A DNA stretch of 36,904 nt from Catajapyx aquilonaris. Its lineage: Eukaryota. Of the stretch, positions 22,841 to 34,200 are shown piece by piece (the stretch's first letter is position 1; every line of letters begins with the position of its first letter). A model generated the notes under the pieces. The model saw nothing but the letters and a program-made list of their open reading frames with translations. It did not search any database and had not been told where the DNA came from. The DNA lies in NCBI GenBank assembly GCA_000934665.2, contig JYFJ02006683.1:1-36904 (forward strand), read 5' to 3'. Both the position numbers and the translations under genes were made by a program.

Positions 22841-23474
22841 GTGGAGCCTACAGTGCAGCGATGTGAAGGGGGTATATAGAGGTGGATGTAGCCCTGTAAT
22901 TGAGAGCTCTCTCCGGAAAAGAGGCAAAGTGGATAAACTATCGTATGTGCATTGCTGTAATTAGGAATTTTATTTCCCTGATCCAGCGAAACCGACATAT
23001 ATGCACCCCAAGGGACAAGTGTCACATGAATATCCAGCCCAACTCTGCAGTTTAAGCAGCTACTCTTGTAGCCTAAGTACTCTGGCAGCAGCTCTATATG
23101 GCATAGTGTAAACTAAAGGACACTTAATGAGGTGCATCATTACAGCCTCGGAATGGACTGCGGAATTTTCATAGCCCGACGATTAATGGTCAGGTGAGCA
23201 TTAATTACCTGACATGTAATCGAGTATTAAAAAGTACAAACGTCGCTTAATCCCGATTGATGAATTGGCACATGAATAAAAAGCGAGGTCCCGGTCTCAT
23301 GTTCAAGGGTTCGTACACAAAACGTGCTGGTTGGATTTGATTGGCTGAAACTAGAATAATAAAAGGGACAGGACGAACCAAAGCGAAAATCAGCTTACGA
23401 TAAATGTTGTTAGCACCACTGATCAACTTGGATGGATAGTTTATACAGAATATTTTTATCTCGCCACTTAATCA

Positions 23475-23572
23475 GTAGGTGTACCAAGTTTCAGTATTCT
23501 ACCTTGTTGGAAAGTTGGAGAAAAATATGGACAAACAGACAGACAGACACACCAATAGCTTTTATAATGTAG
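23475..23572 (+). mobile_element. Possible 3' remnant of a non-autonomous Helitron/Helentron (DINE-1/HINE-like)
   Basis: GTGTACCAAGTTTCAG...GGACAAACAGACAGACAGACAC...CTTTTATAATGTAG resembles, from recall, the (GACA)n-bearing ends of such insect elements. Confidence 0.4.
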
Positions 23573-25952
23573 TCCTTAGTGCGCAATTGGTGAATATGGA
23601 TACTGAATACGGAACATGAATAGGATCAGGTCCACATTATTTTGATTACCTGAGTGAAACTGTTCTACAGGATAGGCATATTACCTCTACACGCACGACT
23701 GTAATTCACAGCTTAAAATGGCTAACAGCACGCGACCAAGATAACTTCTTTCCTCTTTATCCAGATAAGTTACTTGACTGGAGGGGGAAAAGAGACAAGC
23801 GAGGGAAAATCTTGCATCTAGCATGGGGAATATAATTATGAGCATAAAAATCTCATTGGGACGGTGAAAGCTGATTGCACTATAGAATGTTACTGCCACA
23901 ATAATGCTTATCACAATTACTGTTGTAGTTCGTGTTTGAAAGCTAGACTGATTTTATATCCAAGGGGACGTCATAATATTCTAGTCGTGTAAAACCAGCA
24001 AAAGAACATTATTGGTTAGAGCAAGTTAGTTCTCAAGTTCTCCTAATATAACATGCACTTTACATGGTTGCAGACATGATAACCAATATACATGATAACC
24101 TACATTGAGATCATTTTTCAGTAGTCTATAAGTAATCTAAATTGAACAGAACTTGTTTCATCAAGTACCGGTAGTGCATGTTTATTCTCACTAGTAGATT
24201 TCAAACATCCAAATCGAAAGTTTTGGGAAAATCCATTTTTATATTTGGTTCTTTTAACTCTTTTGGCATGAAAAGAGAGCTGAATACTTGTGTGGTTATC
24301 CAAATGCGATTCAGCATTTTTCATTTTAATTCATGTTGGCTATAACGGATAACGTTTGTAGCTGACAACCCTGTATAAGGTGATCTAATTGTGTGACAAA
24401 ATGCAACATCGATTCACCACTTGTTCAAATAATTTTGACAGCCCTTTTATATGAAAATGCAATAGTTGTGTCATGGACGCCTCACCTCGATGGTAATCGA
24501 TTGGAATATTTGGAATGATATTTTCACTTCCATCTGTGACCAGATACACAGAGCAGAAAACTTCCACAAGAACGCCTCACTCCAGTAATGAAATTTTAAT
24601 TACATCATTACAGTGTTTGAATTGTGTTGGTTGAGCAATTGTTTAATTATTAGCTCCGGCAGCTGGAAAGGGGATGAAATGAAATTCCAGCTGATAACTA
24701 ATTCCAATATTTTATGGAGCGACCATTTTCCAGCATAATTATGGTCCGTTTCAGAACCCCGACCGGTTAGCATTCATACGAAATATCAGGCTCCCAGGCT
24801 TGATAAATTTTGAGGGGTGTGTGGGGGGGGGGGGTGCCGGGGGTAGGGAGGGGAGGGAGGGAGGGAGGGGCATACCCCCGTCGGCTGAAATGTATCTGCA
24901 CTTGGCAAGCAAGGCATTAGAGCTATAGTTTCCAATAGCGATCTCCTGAGGCACAGGCAAGTGAACTATTTGCTCGGGGGAAGGGAATTGGTTTTCGAAG
25001 TTTGAAGCCCTTTCTGCCGTTTTGGACCGCAAAAGCAACCAAGTCGGGGCCACATCTTGGGGCTGAGTAAGCAATTAATGTAATGTCCCGAGAAATTAAA
25101 TTAACCAAAGTTATTACAGGGAGCACAAGGCGATGGGGGATCGGGTTGCACAGAAGCCAATAGCATGCAGTCTATTTTTTAGTCATTACTTACGCTTGTT
25201 AGATTGTTCCCTGTCTCTCATTTTCCTATTCGTTCATATACTTTTATTCCATCTTTCATGTTTCAACATGGGGCATTAACTGTAACTAGGCCTACCACTA
25301 GCCTGTACCAAAATGGAGGAAGAATGCACCTCGTCATTTTGCATAGAACTACTTGGTATATCCACGGGATAGGGAAATAAGCATCGATATTAGAAATGGA
25401 ATATTTGCACGCAATGTGTCGCTCTAACCCAAAAATATTCCAATAAGTCAAGCTGGCTTTGAGATGGAAAGGATCGCACTTATTCCGAGTGGTTCACTCC
25501 GTGACTTATGAAAATTAAACTCCACACCCTCTCCCACTCCCTCCTTCCCCCTCCCCAATTCCGGTGGACTATACTCTCTACTAAAACGTGCAAACGTCCT
25601 ATTTGGCGGAACGGGAGAAATGATTTATTTTAAAGATGCTGTTGGGTGCTTTGCTACTTCTTTGCATGTAGGCTACACATTGCCCTGATTTGGCAAAAAG
25701 GACGGAAGCCATTGTGCAAGACATGCTCCAGTTCAGCTCCAGGTCAATCCACTGAAATTTCGACATTGCAGGGTAACATGTAGTTTGTATGAATAGTATT
25801 ATTTTTCTAAGTCTCTAATAATACGTGTACAAAAAAGTTTTATACTGTGGAGTGTAATTTGTATGGAGAAAAATGGGTACTGAAAAATTGTATTAAAAGC
25901 GGCTGATGTTCCAATAATAATTACAATATCATTAAGGGGTAGGGATTGTTTA

Positions 25953-26180
25953 GTGGCGTTCAGACGAGGCAACTTAGTTGCAGCAACGTGGCTGCAACCT
26001 GGTTGCATGCAACCTGAAATACACGGAGAGAATCGGAAGTTCCAGCAACCCAAAAAACGCTGCAACTTTTCTGCAACCGGGGGCTGCAACCAGGTTCCTA
26101 TTCTCTCCGTGTATTTCAGGTTGCATGCAACCAGGTTGCAGCCACATTGCTGCAACCAAGTTGCCTCGTCTGAACGCCAC
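25953..26180. mobile_element. Harbinger-like foldback MITE with GCAAC/GTTGC repeats
   Basis: GTGGCGTTCAGACGAGGCAACT...AGTTGCCTCGTCTGAACGCCAC with arms of about 85 bp. TTA on both sides (25950-25952 and 26182-26184), one extra base on the right. Confidence 0.85.
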
Positions 26181-27425
26181 ATTAGCTTCGTGGCAGTTGA
26201 CATATTTGACTATACATAATCTAGTGTAAGAAAATTACAGAGAAACGTGTACAGTCCATTCTGATCGCGACCAAAATAGATGGCAAGTAAACTGGAGCGC
26301 CGTGAACCTGCAGCATTTGTCGTACAACTTTTCTACGACCAGTGTACTTTGCCGTCCTTGGGACTCGGTTGTGCAGGGGTGGAGAGACCCGGGTCATGAG
26401 TCGGAAAGAGAGCACAAGACAAGAGGTATATACCAAGAAGGATCAGAGTTGGGAACGTGGGTTGTAGCCTACACTACCTCATTCCTCAGGTGCCTGCCTT
26501 ATTGGACCTGCATATGGTGTAGCGCAGTAGATGGTGCCTGCTGAAATGGTATCGTGCCTCTGAAAAACTGATGGTGCTTCAAAAGCGTTTCAAGGCCAGG
26601 TTTCAAAACCTGAAATATCTAGGGAAAATGTGATTTTATGCTAATGAGTCGAATGGGGAATGGGTTGGTATTTTTAGTCCTCATCATGCTGAAAAGGTGC
26701 ACCCGGACACGGACATAACCCACCGAAACTCTTCCCAAATGAGAAAATCAACCCTCCGACTCGGGCATTGAACTACACTTCAGAGACGGAAGGATACAGA
26801 AGGAACCACTACATCGCATCGTCGTGCCACCCAAACAGTTATGGTTTCGCTAGTAGGTGAGTGAACATACCGGAACATACGCGTACACTGTATTCCAACT
26901 GAAATATTAATATTATGTCCGTAGTGGTTAGCGATTTTTCACCTTTATTCGCTTATTTTTTAAGGAAGGGTTCAGTGATTTTGCATGTTGGGCTTCATAG
27001 ATCAAGGATTTTTTCGACTCATGAAATCTTTCTAAAACTGAAATTGAATGTAGCCTACATGATGAGGCATACAATATTGTAATACTTCGTGTGACGAGGT
27101 GCCACATGTGCAAAAAGTAGGTTTTTTGCAATCACCAGGTTCATTAAATTCCATTTTTCTTGACATATGTGGTACAAAAAATGATGCCACTTACAGTTAG
27201 TCAATGTCCATTTTTGCCGACGCGAATTACAGATTTCTAGTACCTGCTGTGACCATTTGAAATTTTTAAAAAAATGCATAGTAGCAAATCTTGGACGTTG
27301 GACCCCAATATCTCAGCTCAACACTCTTGGTTTGCAATTGGAATTTTCACTTCTCTATAGTAGACAGTGTGATCCATCATGTGCAGATTGTGGGTCACAA
27401 CACTATCAAGTGTCTATGCACCAAA

Positions 27426-27629
27426 AATTGAAGAGTATAGGGTGCAATTACAGTATAAGTCCATTTTTGATCGACATTCATTTAATGGGTAGACCATAAT
27501 CCGGCACAGGCCGATAACTACCTGTTCTTGTACCAAACGATCCGGCAATTTTTTATCAGTAGGTCTACCCATTAAATGAATGTCGATCAAAAATGGACTT
27601 ATCCTGTTCTTGCTCCATACCCTTCAATT
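27426..27629. mobile_element. Foldback MITE
   Basis: ATAAGTCCATTTTTGATCGACATTCATTTAATGGGTAGACC is a perfect inverted match to GGTCTACCCATTAAATGAATGTCGATCAAAAATGGACTTAT. The match extends imperfectly to AATTGAAGAGTAT / ATACCCTTCAATT. Confidence 0.8.
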
Positions 27630-27878
27630 CTAGCGGACGAAGTAAAATACTGTATGCTCCCTGTAGATTTCGTACCATACTTTCTAGGACTCTCCATGGC
27701 AATAATTGGAACTGGGATGCATGATTCAATATTCAGCCTGACATTAGTAGCTATAATACTTGCCTACTAAGCTGCTACTAAGAGTTTCTTTTAAAGTAAC
27801 GGTACCTGCTTGAAAAGAAATAGCCTAGAATGGACGAAATCCATAAACACCACAGACATTTCAACAACACAAAATAAT

Positions 27879-28166
27879 ACCGAAGCAGGTTGGCATAGTG
27901 GATAAGGCGTCCGACTGCTAATCGGGAGGTCCTGGGATCAAATCCCGGGGCCGGCAACTCTGACCGTGGTTTTCTGTGGTTTCCCACGGTCCTTCCAGGA
28001 AAATTCCGGAGTTGTTTCCGTAATTAACAGGCCACAGCTGCTTCCTTCCGTCCCTATCCCATCCCAAAAAGTGCAGTAAAATGAAAGCAAAGAGTTTCAG
28101 GCAAAAGAAAAACTTCCCCCCTAAAGAGCTGAAAAAGGCTGATAACGGGGTATGAATTATTATTAT
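27879..28166 (+). mobile_element. tRNA-derived SINE, family 1 (copy b)
   Basis: Head TGGCATAGTGGATAAGGCGTCCGACTGCTAATCGGGAGGTCCTGGGATCAAATCCC, body homologous to 2043, (ATT)n tail. TSD AACACAAAAT at 27866-27875 and 28167-28176. Confidence 0.9.
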
Positions 28167-28176
28167 AACACAAAAT

Positions 28177-28531
28177 GGGGAGACGGAGTGGCGCCGCGGT
28201 AACGCGCGCGCCCACGGAAGTTAAGGTCCCGGGTTCAATCCCCACCCGGGGTTCCCACCTTCTTTCGTGCAGAGTTGGGCCATCTCTGGCTTCGTTTCGG
28301 GTGGCAATTTCCGATAGACTAAGCCACCCGGGGGAGTTCACAAAATGACGATTAGAGACATTGCACTTGCACTTTGCACATCCCCTCCCACCCACCCTTG
28401 GAGTACACTAATAAGATTCTATCTTAACTCGCTCCAGCGAAAACCCCAATGGTGGTAATCCACCCCCCCTAAGGAGTACGTAACTCCCCCCGTGGGGTAA
28501 TGCAAAAAATAATAATAATAATAATAATAAT
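28177..28531 (+). mobile_element. tRNA-derived SINE, family 2 (copy a)
   Basis: A-box TGGCGCCGCGG, B-box GGTTCAATCCC and (AAT)n tail. TSD AACACAAAAT at 28167-28176 and 28532-28541. Homologous to 29591. Confidence 0.9.
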
Positions 28532-28592
28532 AACACAAAATAATAACACACCATTGCATCATTATATTAGCTTACAACTAAAATAATGGGCA

Positions 28593-28722
28593 CAATGGGT
28601 GTAATTTTCGTCCCATTGCTCGTTACTGCTAACTTAGCAGTGCCAGTGTTGGCAATGCTGGTACTGCTAAGTTAGCAGTATGCATATTTATAGCAGTGAT
28701 GGGACGAAAATTTGACTCATGG
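28593..28722. mobile_element. Small foldback element
   Basis: AATTTTCGTCCCAT / ATGGGACGAAAATT enclosing TACTGCTAACTTAGCAGT..ACTGCTAAGTTAGCAGTA. Confidence 0.7.
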
Positions 28723-29123
28723 TCTCTGCAAGAGTGACACGCGTTCCATACCATAGGCTACAGTATATCATGCTAAGCAGTTATATTTGTCACAAGTTTT
28801 TCTGAAGTACCGGTACCACAGAATAATAATTATATAAAAGTGTTCATATGAAAAAAATACTCGTATATCTGAAAATAATTCTCCTCTTTAGTTTGACACT
28901 GACATAAAAATAGGCTGAAAGTGTCTGTTCTGTATTCAATATGAATATAACCATAGAAAAATTTTCATACAACTTCTGAGATAAGTTTTTGTACCTATAC
29001 ACTATTTACATGATGATATACTTGTGCATATCATCCGCCTTGAAACGACCTATACTGCACCCTGTGACCCTTTGCTCAGAGTCCACAACTAAATATGTCC
29101 ACACTTTCTCCAATTAATTTAAC

Positions 29124-29274
29124 CAAGGGGGTAATCACTTCGGTACTCCGGTGTACACCTGCGAGTGGTACTCCCTGGTACTCCTCAGGTACTACCTCAC
29201 TCTTTATTACTCCTTGGTACTCCTTGAATTTGGTACTCCAGTGTACACTTTTCAGTCGAGTGATTACCCCCTTG
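29124..29274. mobile_element. P- or hAT-type MITE, 151 bp, with 8-bp TSD
   Basis: Perfect 16-bp TIR CAAGGGGGTAATCACT / AGTGATTACCCCCTTG. Perfect TSD AATTTAAC (29116-29123 and 29275-29282). Internal GGTACTCC repeats. Confidence 0.9.
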
Positions 29275-29590
29275 AATTTAACCTTAGTATATGGGTAATA
29301 AATATTATTATCATTATCAATATATTTTCCCCAATTACCTGTCTCCCATATTGTTTATTAATTATATCAGAATTACATTGTATAAACTGCCGGTAACGTG
29401 AAAATCATACATGTTGACATCCTTTATGTACTGTGCTTTAAATTATCCAATATAAAATTATAAGTCTTTAATTATGGCATTGCGCCTGACTTCTCCCACT
29501 AGTTTAATAGAGTCTGTGGTCAAGAATAAGACAAAGGGAACGATATCCAGATATTAAGCTTAAAGGGATACATTGCACTTAACTTAATTA

Positions 29591-29943
29591 GGGAGGCGGA
29601 GTGGTGCTGCGGTAACGTACGCGCCCACGGATGTTAAGGTCCCGGGTTGGATACCAGCCCGGGGACACCCCATTCATCTCGTGCAGAGTTCCGGGTCACC
29701 TCTGGCTTCGTCTCGGGTGGTATTTCCACAGACTAAACTACCCGGGGGAGTTCACTAAAAATGGTCATGGATAAGACATTGCACTTGCACTTTGCACATC
29801 CCCTCCTGTCATCCTGCCCGTGGGCCCGGGCGTTTCAATTAGTAGGTTCCAATGTATAATAGTACAATAAAGGTTCCGTGTGATATACCCCCACCGGGGG
29901 TGAAAGCCCTTACCCAAGATTATATATTATATATTATATATTA
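29591..29943 (+). mobile_element. tRNA-derived SINE, family 2 (copy b) with a different 3' tail
   Basis: Homologous to 28177 up to TTGCACATCCCCTCC, then unrelated, ending in a (TATAT)n tail. TSD ACATTGCACTTAACTTA at 29570-29586 and 29944-29960. Confidence 0.9.
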
Positions 29944-30950
29944 ACATTGCACTTAACTTACATTACACTACCATACTACCATGTGCCAGTTCGAGAGTCA
30001 GTCCCCAAAATTACACCGAGTTAATATGCTATGTCGTAGAGGTGTTAATTTTCTTAATGCTCGCTTTTATGTCTCTCTTTGAAGTAATGCTTATCATTCT
30101 GTGCTTTTAAGTATATGAATATTAAGTTACACTAACTTAGGTCCCAACTCTCACTTGTAATAATCAAAGGACAAACCCTGGTGGGAGGAAATGTACCGCG
30201 TCTGGAAAATCTGGCAAAAGNTCCCCCCCCCCCCCCCCCCAGAATATCTCACATTTAGCTGGAAGCCCCGTTGGTTGTGTCATACGCAATTCTTTTCATC
30301 TTATATTTATTTCCTGGCCAAGGACGAGCACAATGGAGTGTTGAGTTTGCCAAAAAGATGTCCAGTTTTCTTTGGAAGAAGCGAAAATCTGGAAATGTCT
30401 TATGAGTTATTTCAGCTTTATGCTCCTCTGGCACATTTCTTCGCACACTTGCATATAAATCTGCACACAAAATCCCAAAACTGTTACATGGCTCCAAATG
30501 CTTACTTGCAAGCTTGCCAATGCAGTGTAACTTCTGTTCCCTACTTTTTGTCAGACAGCAGTGCAACATCAGGTCTAGCTTTACTCAGGTGAACAGGGAA
30601 ATTCGTGTCCTGTGTGGTTTGGGTTGGACCTGTACAGAATAATTGCGCCTGGCCGGTAATTCATTTAAATGTCGTTAGCAGCTGTTGTGGGGCCCTGCAA
30701 ATCCAAGCGCGCTTCCAAGGTGCTCTGCAGCCTTGGGTTTAGAACAAAACAAGCAAAAAGTCAGAGGTGCATAGGACAATATACGCGATGACGCAAATCA
30801 AGCTAGTGGAGTACCCAGAGCTGTAAAATAAATGTAAAATATCATTCAACGTGGATGCAATCAGAATATATGGAGGCTTTGTAGCAATACTGTAAGCGCA
30901 AAGTTGTAAATTCCATTCCTGGACAGTAAAATGAATCCGACGGGATCAAT

Positions 30951-31570
30951 CAGGAAAAATTTCATTAATTCGAGAGAGTGGAAACCAGAAGAGGAAAGTC
31001 TGTTGTGCGTGTGAGTTGGTTTCCACATGTCAGCTGCACCAGACACCAACACGTATTGTCACGTTATAAACGTGCCGGACGTTTGTACTCGCCATGGAAA
31101 GCGCATAAAAGTTGGGCCAGGGGGAAAGAGAGGGGAGAGGAGGGGGGGGGGGGCCTTCAAATCCATTTTTTATCCACACACCCCCTCCCCATTCTATGCA
31201 ATTTCATCACAACCAAGCGCGCTTTTTTATTAGCAGTGGATTGCACGAGTGACTGGGAAAATTATTCCGAAATTCTCCGACGCCACAATCACGTCATTGT
31301 GGAAAATATATATCGCGCCTCCCAGAATTTCATACGGTTTGAAAATTGTCACTCGAATAAAAAAACTGATGTTCACATGACTGTTTTTTGTGAAGGGGAA
31401 GGGGGTGACAGAAATGGAATCCCCCCCCCCCCATGCCACCACCTAAAAAAAACTCGAAAGTTTATTATGACTCAGTGTAGTGAAATGGGACTGATTCGGG
31501 GTCCCAGTCATTATTTCCTCCTTAATGCCCGCCATCTCGTGGGAAATTCCGTGGGTCTCATTTGCATAAT
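30951..31570. promoter_or_regulatory. Candidate enhancer with overlapping Su(H)/Dorsal(NF-kB) site, CACATGT E-box and octamer
   Basis: CGTGGGAAATTCC 31538-31550, CACATGT 31024-31030, ATTTGCAT 31560-31567. Confidence 0.3.
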
Positions 31571-33886
31571 CCGTCCTGGCTATCAAACTCTCGTCAACTT
31601 TATTGTATCTGTTAAATGGGATGCAATCCGACTGACATTTTGTATCTCGGTGGTCCTCCCCACTCTGCTCCCCACCCCCCAAATAAAGTAGGGTGGAGAC
31701 GAGGTAAGGTTGCGTGGTTGACGTTTTTTTTTGTCCCGGGGGGCGCTCGTTAAATCTTTTACGAGGTGTCGAGTTTAATTTACACTTTGGGCTTTCCACG
31801 GATTTGTTTGTCGACTTCGGGGACTTCCTGCATTTCGAACATGGTTAATAGAAACTTTGTATGTAAATTCGAAGCATTAGCGGAGAAGCTCTGCCAGATT
31901 TTTATCTGAAGGGTAAACCGTGAGGTCATTTAGTGCCATGGAAAGAACTGCTTAGCATTTTAGAATGACTCTAAAATGCAGTTGACAGTCGTAGAGACGT
32001 TATTGATTTAGTGGCAACTATTCTCTAGAAGAGGGGATATGATTGTGTGAAGAGCACATTTCGCCCACCTTTCATCGGTTCAAAGTTCAAAGGTATGGCC
32101 TATCGACAAATGAGTTACTCAAGTAATAGTGCATGACCGTGATTCGACATGAAACGGAGGCGAATTGACGTCATTTGCGATTTGCATATTTTGGCATAAT
32201 CCGAAAATTAGTGTCAAATTCTGTTTCGCACTAATGCCATACAAAAGCAAAACTTGCACTTGCAATTGGTTTCCCGCAGCTTATTTACAACTTTAATGCG
32301 CTCCATGTGTGAATAATTATGTCACACTCGAAACAAGTTTCCCTTATTTGTCAGGGGGGAAACTGTAAATAAAGTCTATATTCCCTGGATGAGTTGTACG
32401 ATACTGATATATATTTGCGGATTGAAATGAACCAAATATATTAGCCCAGCGTTTATCTGACTCCCTGCATCGAACGGTCGTGTTAATCAAATTAAATCGG
32501 TAATGTGCTGTACTTAGGTATCTGGAGCACACTGTTTGTTCAGATCAACTAGAACATATGTACGCCAGGGAGTGATTTATTAGGAATTTCGGGGTGGGAG
32601 GGGGGAAAGCATTCATCGGCACACGGTCACATGAGCAGCATCGAAATGGCGCGTTGGTGAGCCCAACATGAAGTGAGGGCTACCGTGGGTGGTGGGGGGG
32701 TTAGCAGCAAAATGCAATAAACATTTCCGTGTGTTTTGTGGACTAAACGAATGGGAAGCCACCAATGAGCGAGGTTTATTAATTCCTGTAATATAATCTT
32801 TGGCCCCCACACGTGAAATGGCAACACCTCTTCAAAATGGCGGAGGGGGCCCGTCCAGTTTATTTGTGGAGTTAGTTGGCTCCGAGTTTTCCCTTTTCGC
32901 TGGACAAGTGCGCCACATTTTGGGAGGGGGTGAGGGGCATTGTGGGGCCTCAACTTTGCTCTCTCCCCCAACTGGCTGGGCAGGCATAAGTCCGGCCCCA
33001 TGTTTGCTTTCATAGCCAACTTTGATCCCAGTTTGTGTTCCGTTCGCCGCCGCTCTAATAAAAGACCTGCCTCCCTGCCTCCCCCCTCCCCTCCAGCCAC
33101 CACCTTTTTTTGGTGCTGCATTAATTATTATTCTTGCTCCAAATGAATAGCAAATTTGGAGAAGGGTAATATTTTCACAGGATAATCTGAATTCAGGTTC
33201 CAAATCCTTTGTTTAATGAAGAGTGAGCCATCTCTCCAGCAGCTCAATGTGTGCAATTTATTAGCTTACTTTGTACGTGTTACAGGGTGTTCAATACTCC
33301 GTGGAATTATGCCTGGTTTTAAGCATGGGAAAGCCATATTGCGAGATGACCTTCAATAAAAGCTTTCCACACTGCGTAAGGCCGTAGGCTATCAACAATG
33401 GAAGTGTAGACCCCAATGACCTCTTAAATAAATGTCACTGAAATAAATAAAAAACAATAATAATATCCGCAGTATAACTATTTCTTTCAGTTAGCAATAC
33501 ATTTCTTATTAATTGCAATTATTTTTGGACTGTAAATGATGGCTTTTAATACAATGTGATAAACCGTCCATTTCTCGAGTTCAAGTGGGGGTTGGAAAAA
33601 AAACCACAATTTGCTTACCATATACGGTACTGTATGAACTAGAGAAGCAACAATAAGGAATACCATCATCTGTCATGATTTTTTATTTCTTTACACTAGT
33701 TTATGGGGTTAAAGGCTGAATAAGTGAAAAATATCTTCTTGAGCTGGGGACTGGCTGGGCAGCGCACCTCTCTGCATATTAACTGCTGATATTATAGATT
33801 TAACGGAAAAAATTTACACTGCGTCACGTACACATTCGCCGAACTCGTGCTCCAAGAACGATTTCTTTAGAAGTGAATGCCCTGAT

Positions 33887-34200
33887 CACGGTCTAAGAAT
33901 AGTAAGGTCTGGTCTCTTCCTTGTTATCGCCTTAGCCGAGGCTTGACGGGGTGTTTTGCGGCAGGTGGCTGCTTGATTGAACTTTTCAGGCGCGAATTGA
34001 CATTTGGCGACCTTACCGGACTGCTCTGAACTTAGGTAGAAGAGAAGCGCATCTCTTCTACCTAAGTTCAGAGCAGTCCGGTAGAGTCGCCACAATCATG
34101 TCAATTCGCGCCTGAAAAGCGCTATCAAGCGGCCACCTCCCGTCAGGCCCCTAAGGCGATAAGAGGGGAAGTGTCCAGACCTTACTATTCTAAGACCATG
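33887..34200. mobile_element. Foldback MITE, possibly P-superfamily, 314 bp
   Basis: CACGGTCTAAGAATAGTAAGGTCTGG...CCAGACCTTACTATTCTAAGACCATG, palindromic to the centre. Candidate 8-bp TSD GCCCTGAT / ACCCAGAT (6/8). Confidence 0.85.

Noticed and set aside
22562..23025. ORFs with poly-RE / poly-SL
   Set aside because: Translation of the (AG)n microsatellite and poly-C across an N.
23864..24117. Partial matches to bantam miRNA (GTGAAAGCTGATT about 23864; TGAGATCATTTT about 24106)
   Set aside because: The two halves are about 240 bp apart, in the wrong order, with no hairpin. Short matches to miR-133, miR-10 and miR-124 elsewhere were likewise only about 10 nt.
25799..26229. Overlapping ORFs with near-identical peptides on both strands
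   Set aside because: Artefact of the palindromic MITE at 25953-26180.
27884..27956. tRNA gene with GCT anticodon (also 2048-2118, 6301, 8935, 28177, 29591)
   Set aside because: Poor acceptor stems, T-loops altered in several copies, and no Ser-type long variable arm. Each head continues into a SINE body with tail and TSD.
29141..29247. CRISPR-like short repeats with spacers
   Set aside because: Repeats are 6-8 nt, irregularly spaced and inside a TIR/TSD-bounded MITE. Eukaryotic context with no cas genes.
30978..31691. 237-aa ORF (+)
   Set aside because: GTG start, runs through G/C homopolymers, and shows no recognisable domain or coding-like composition.
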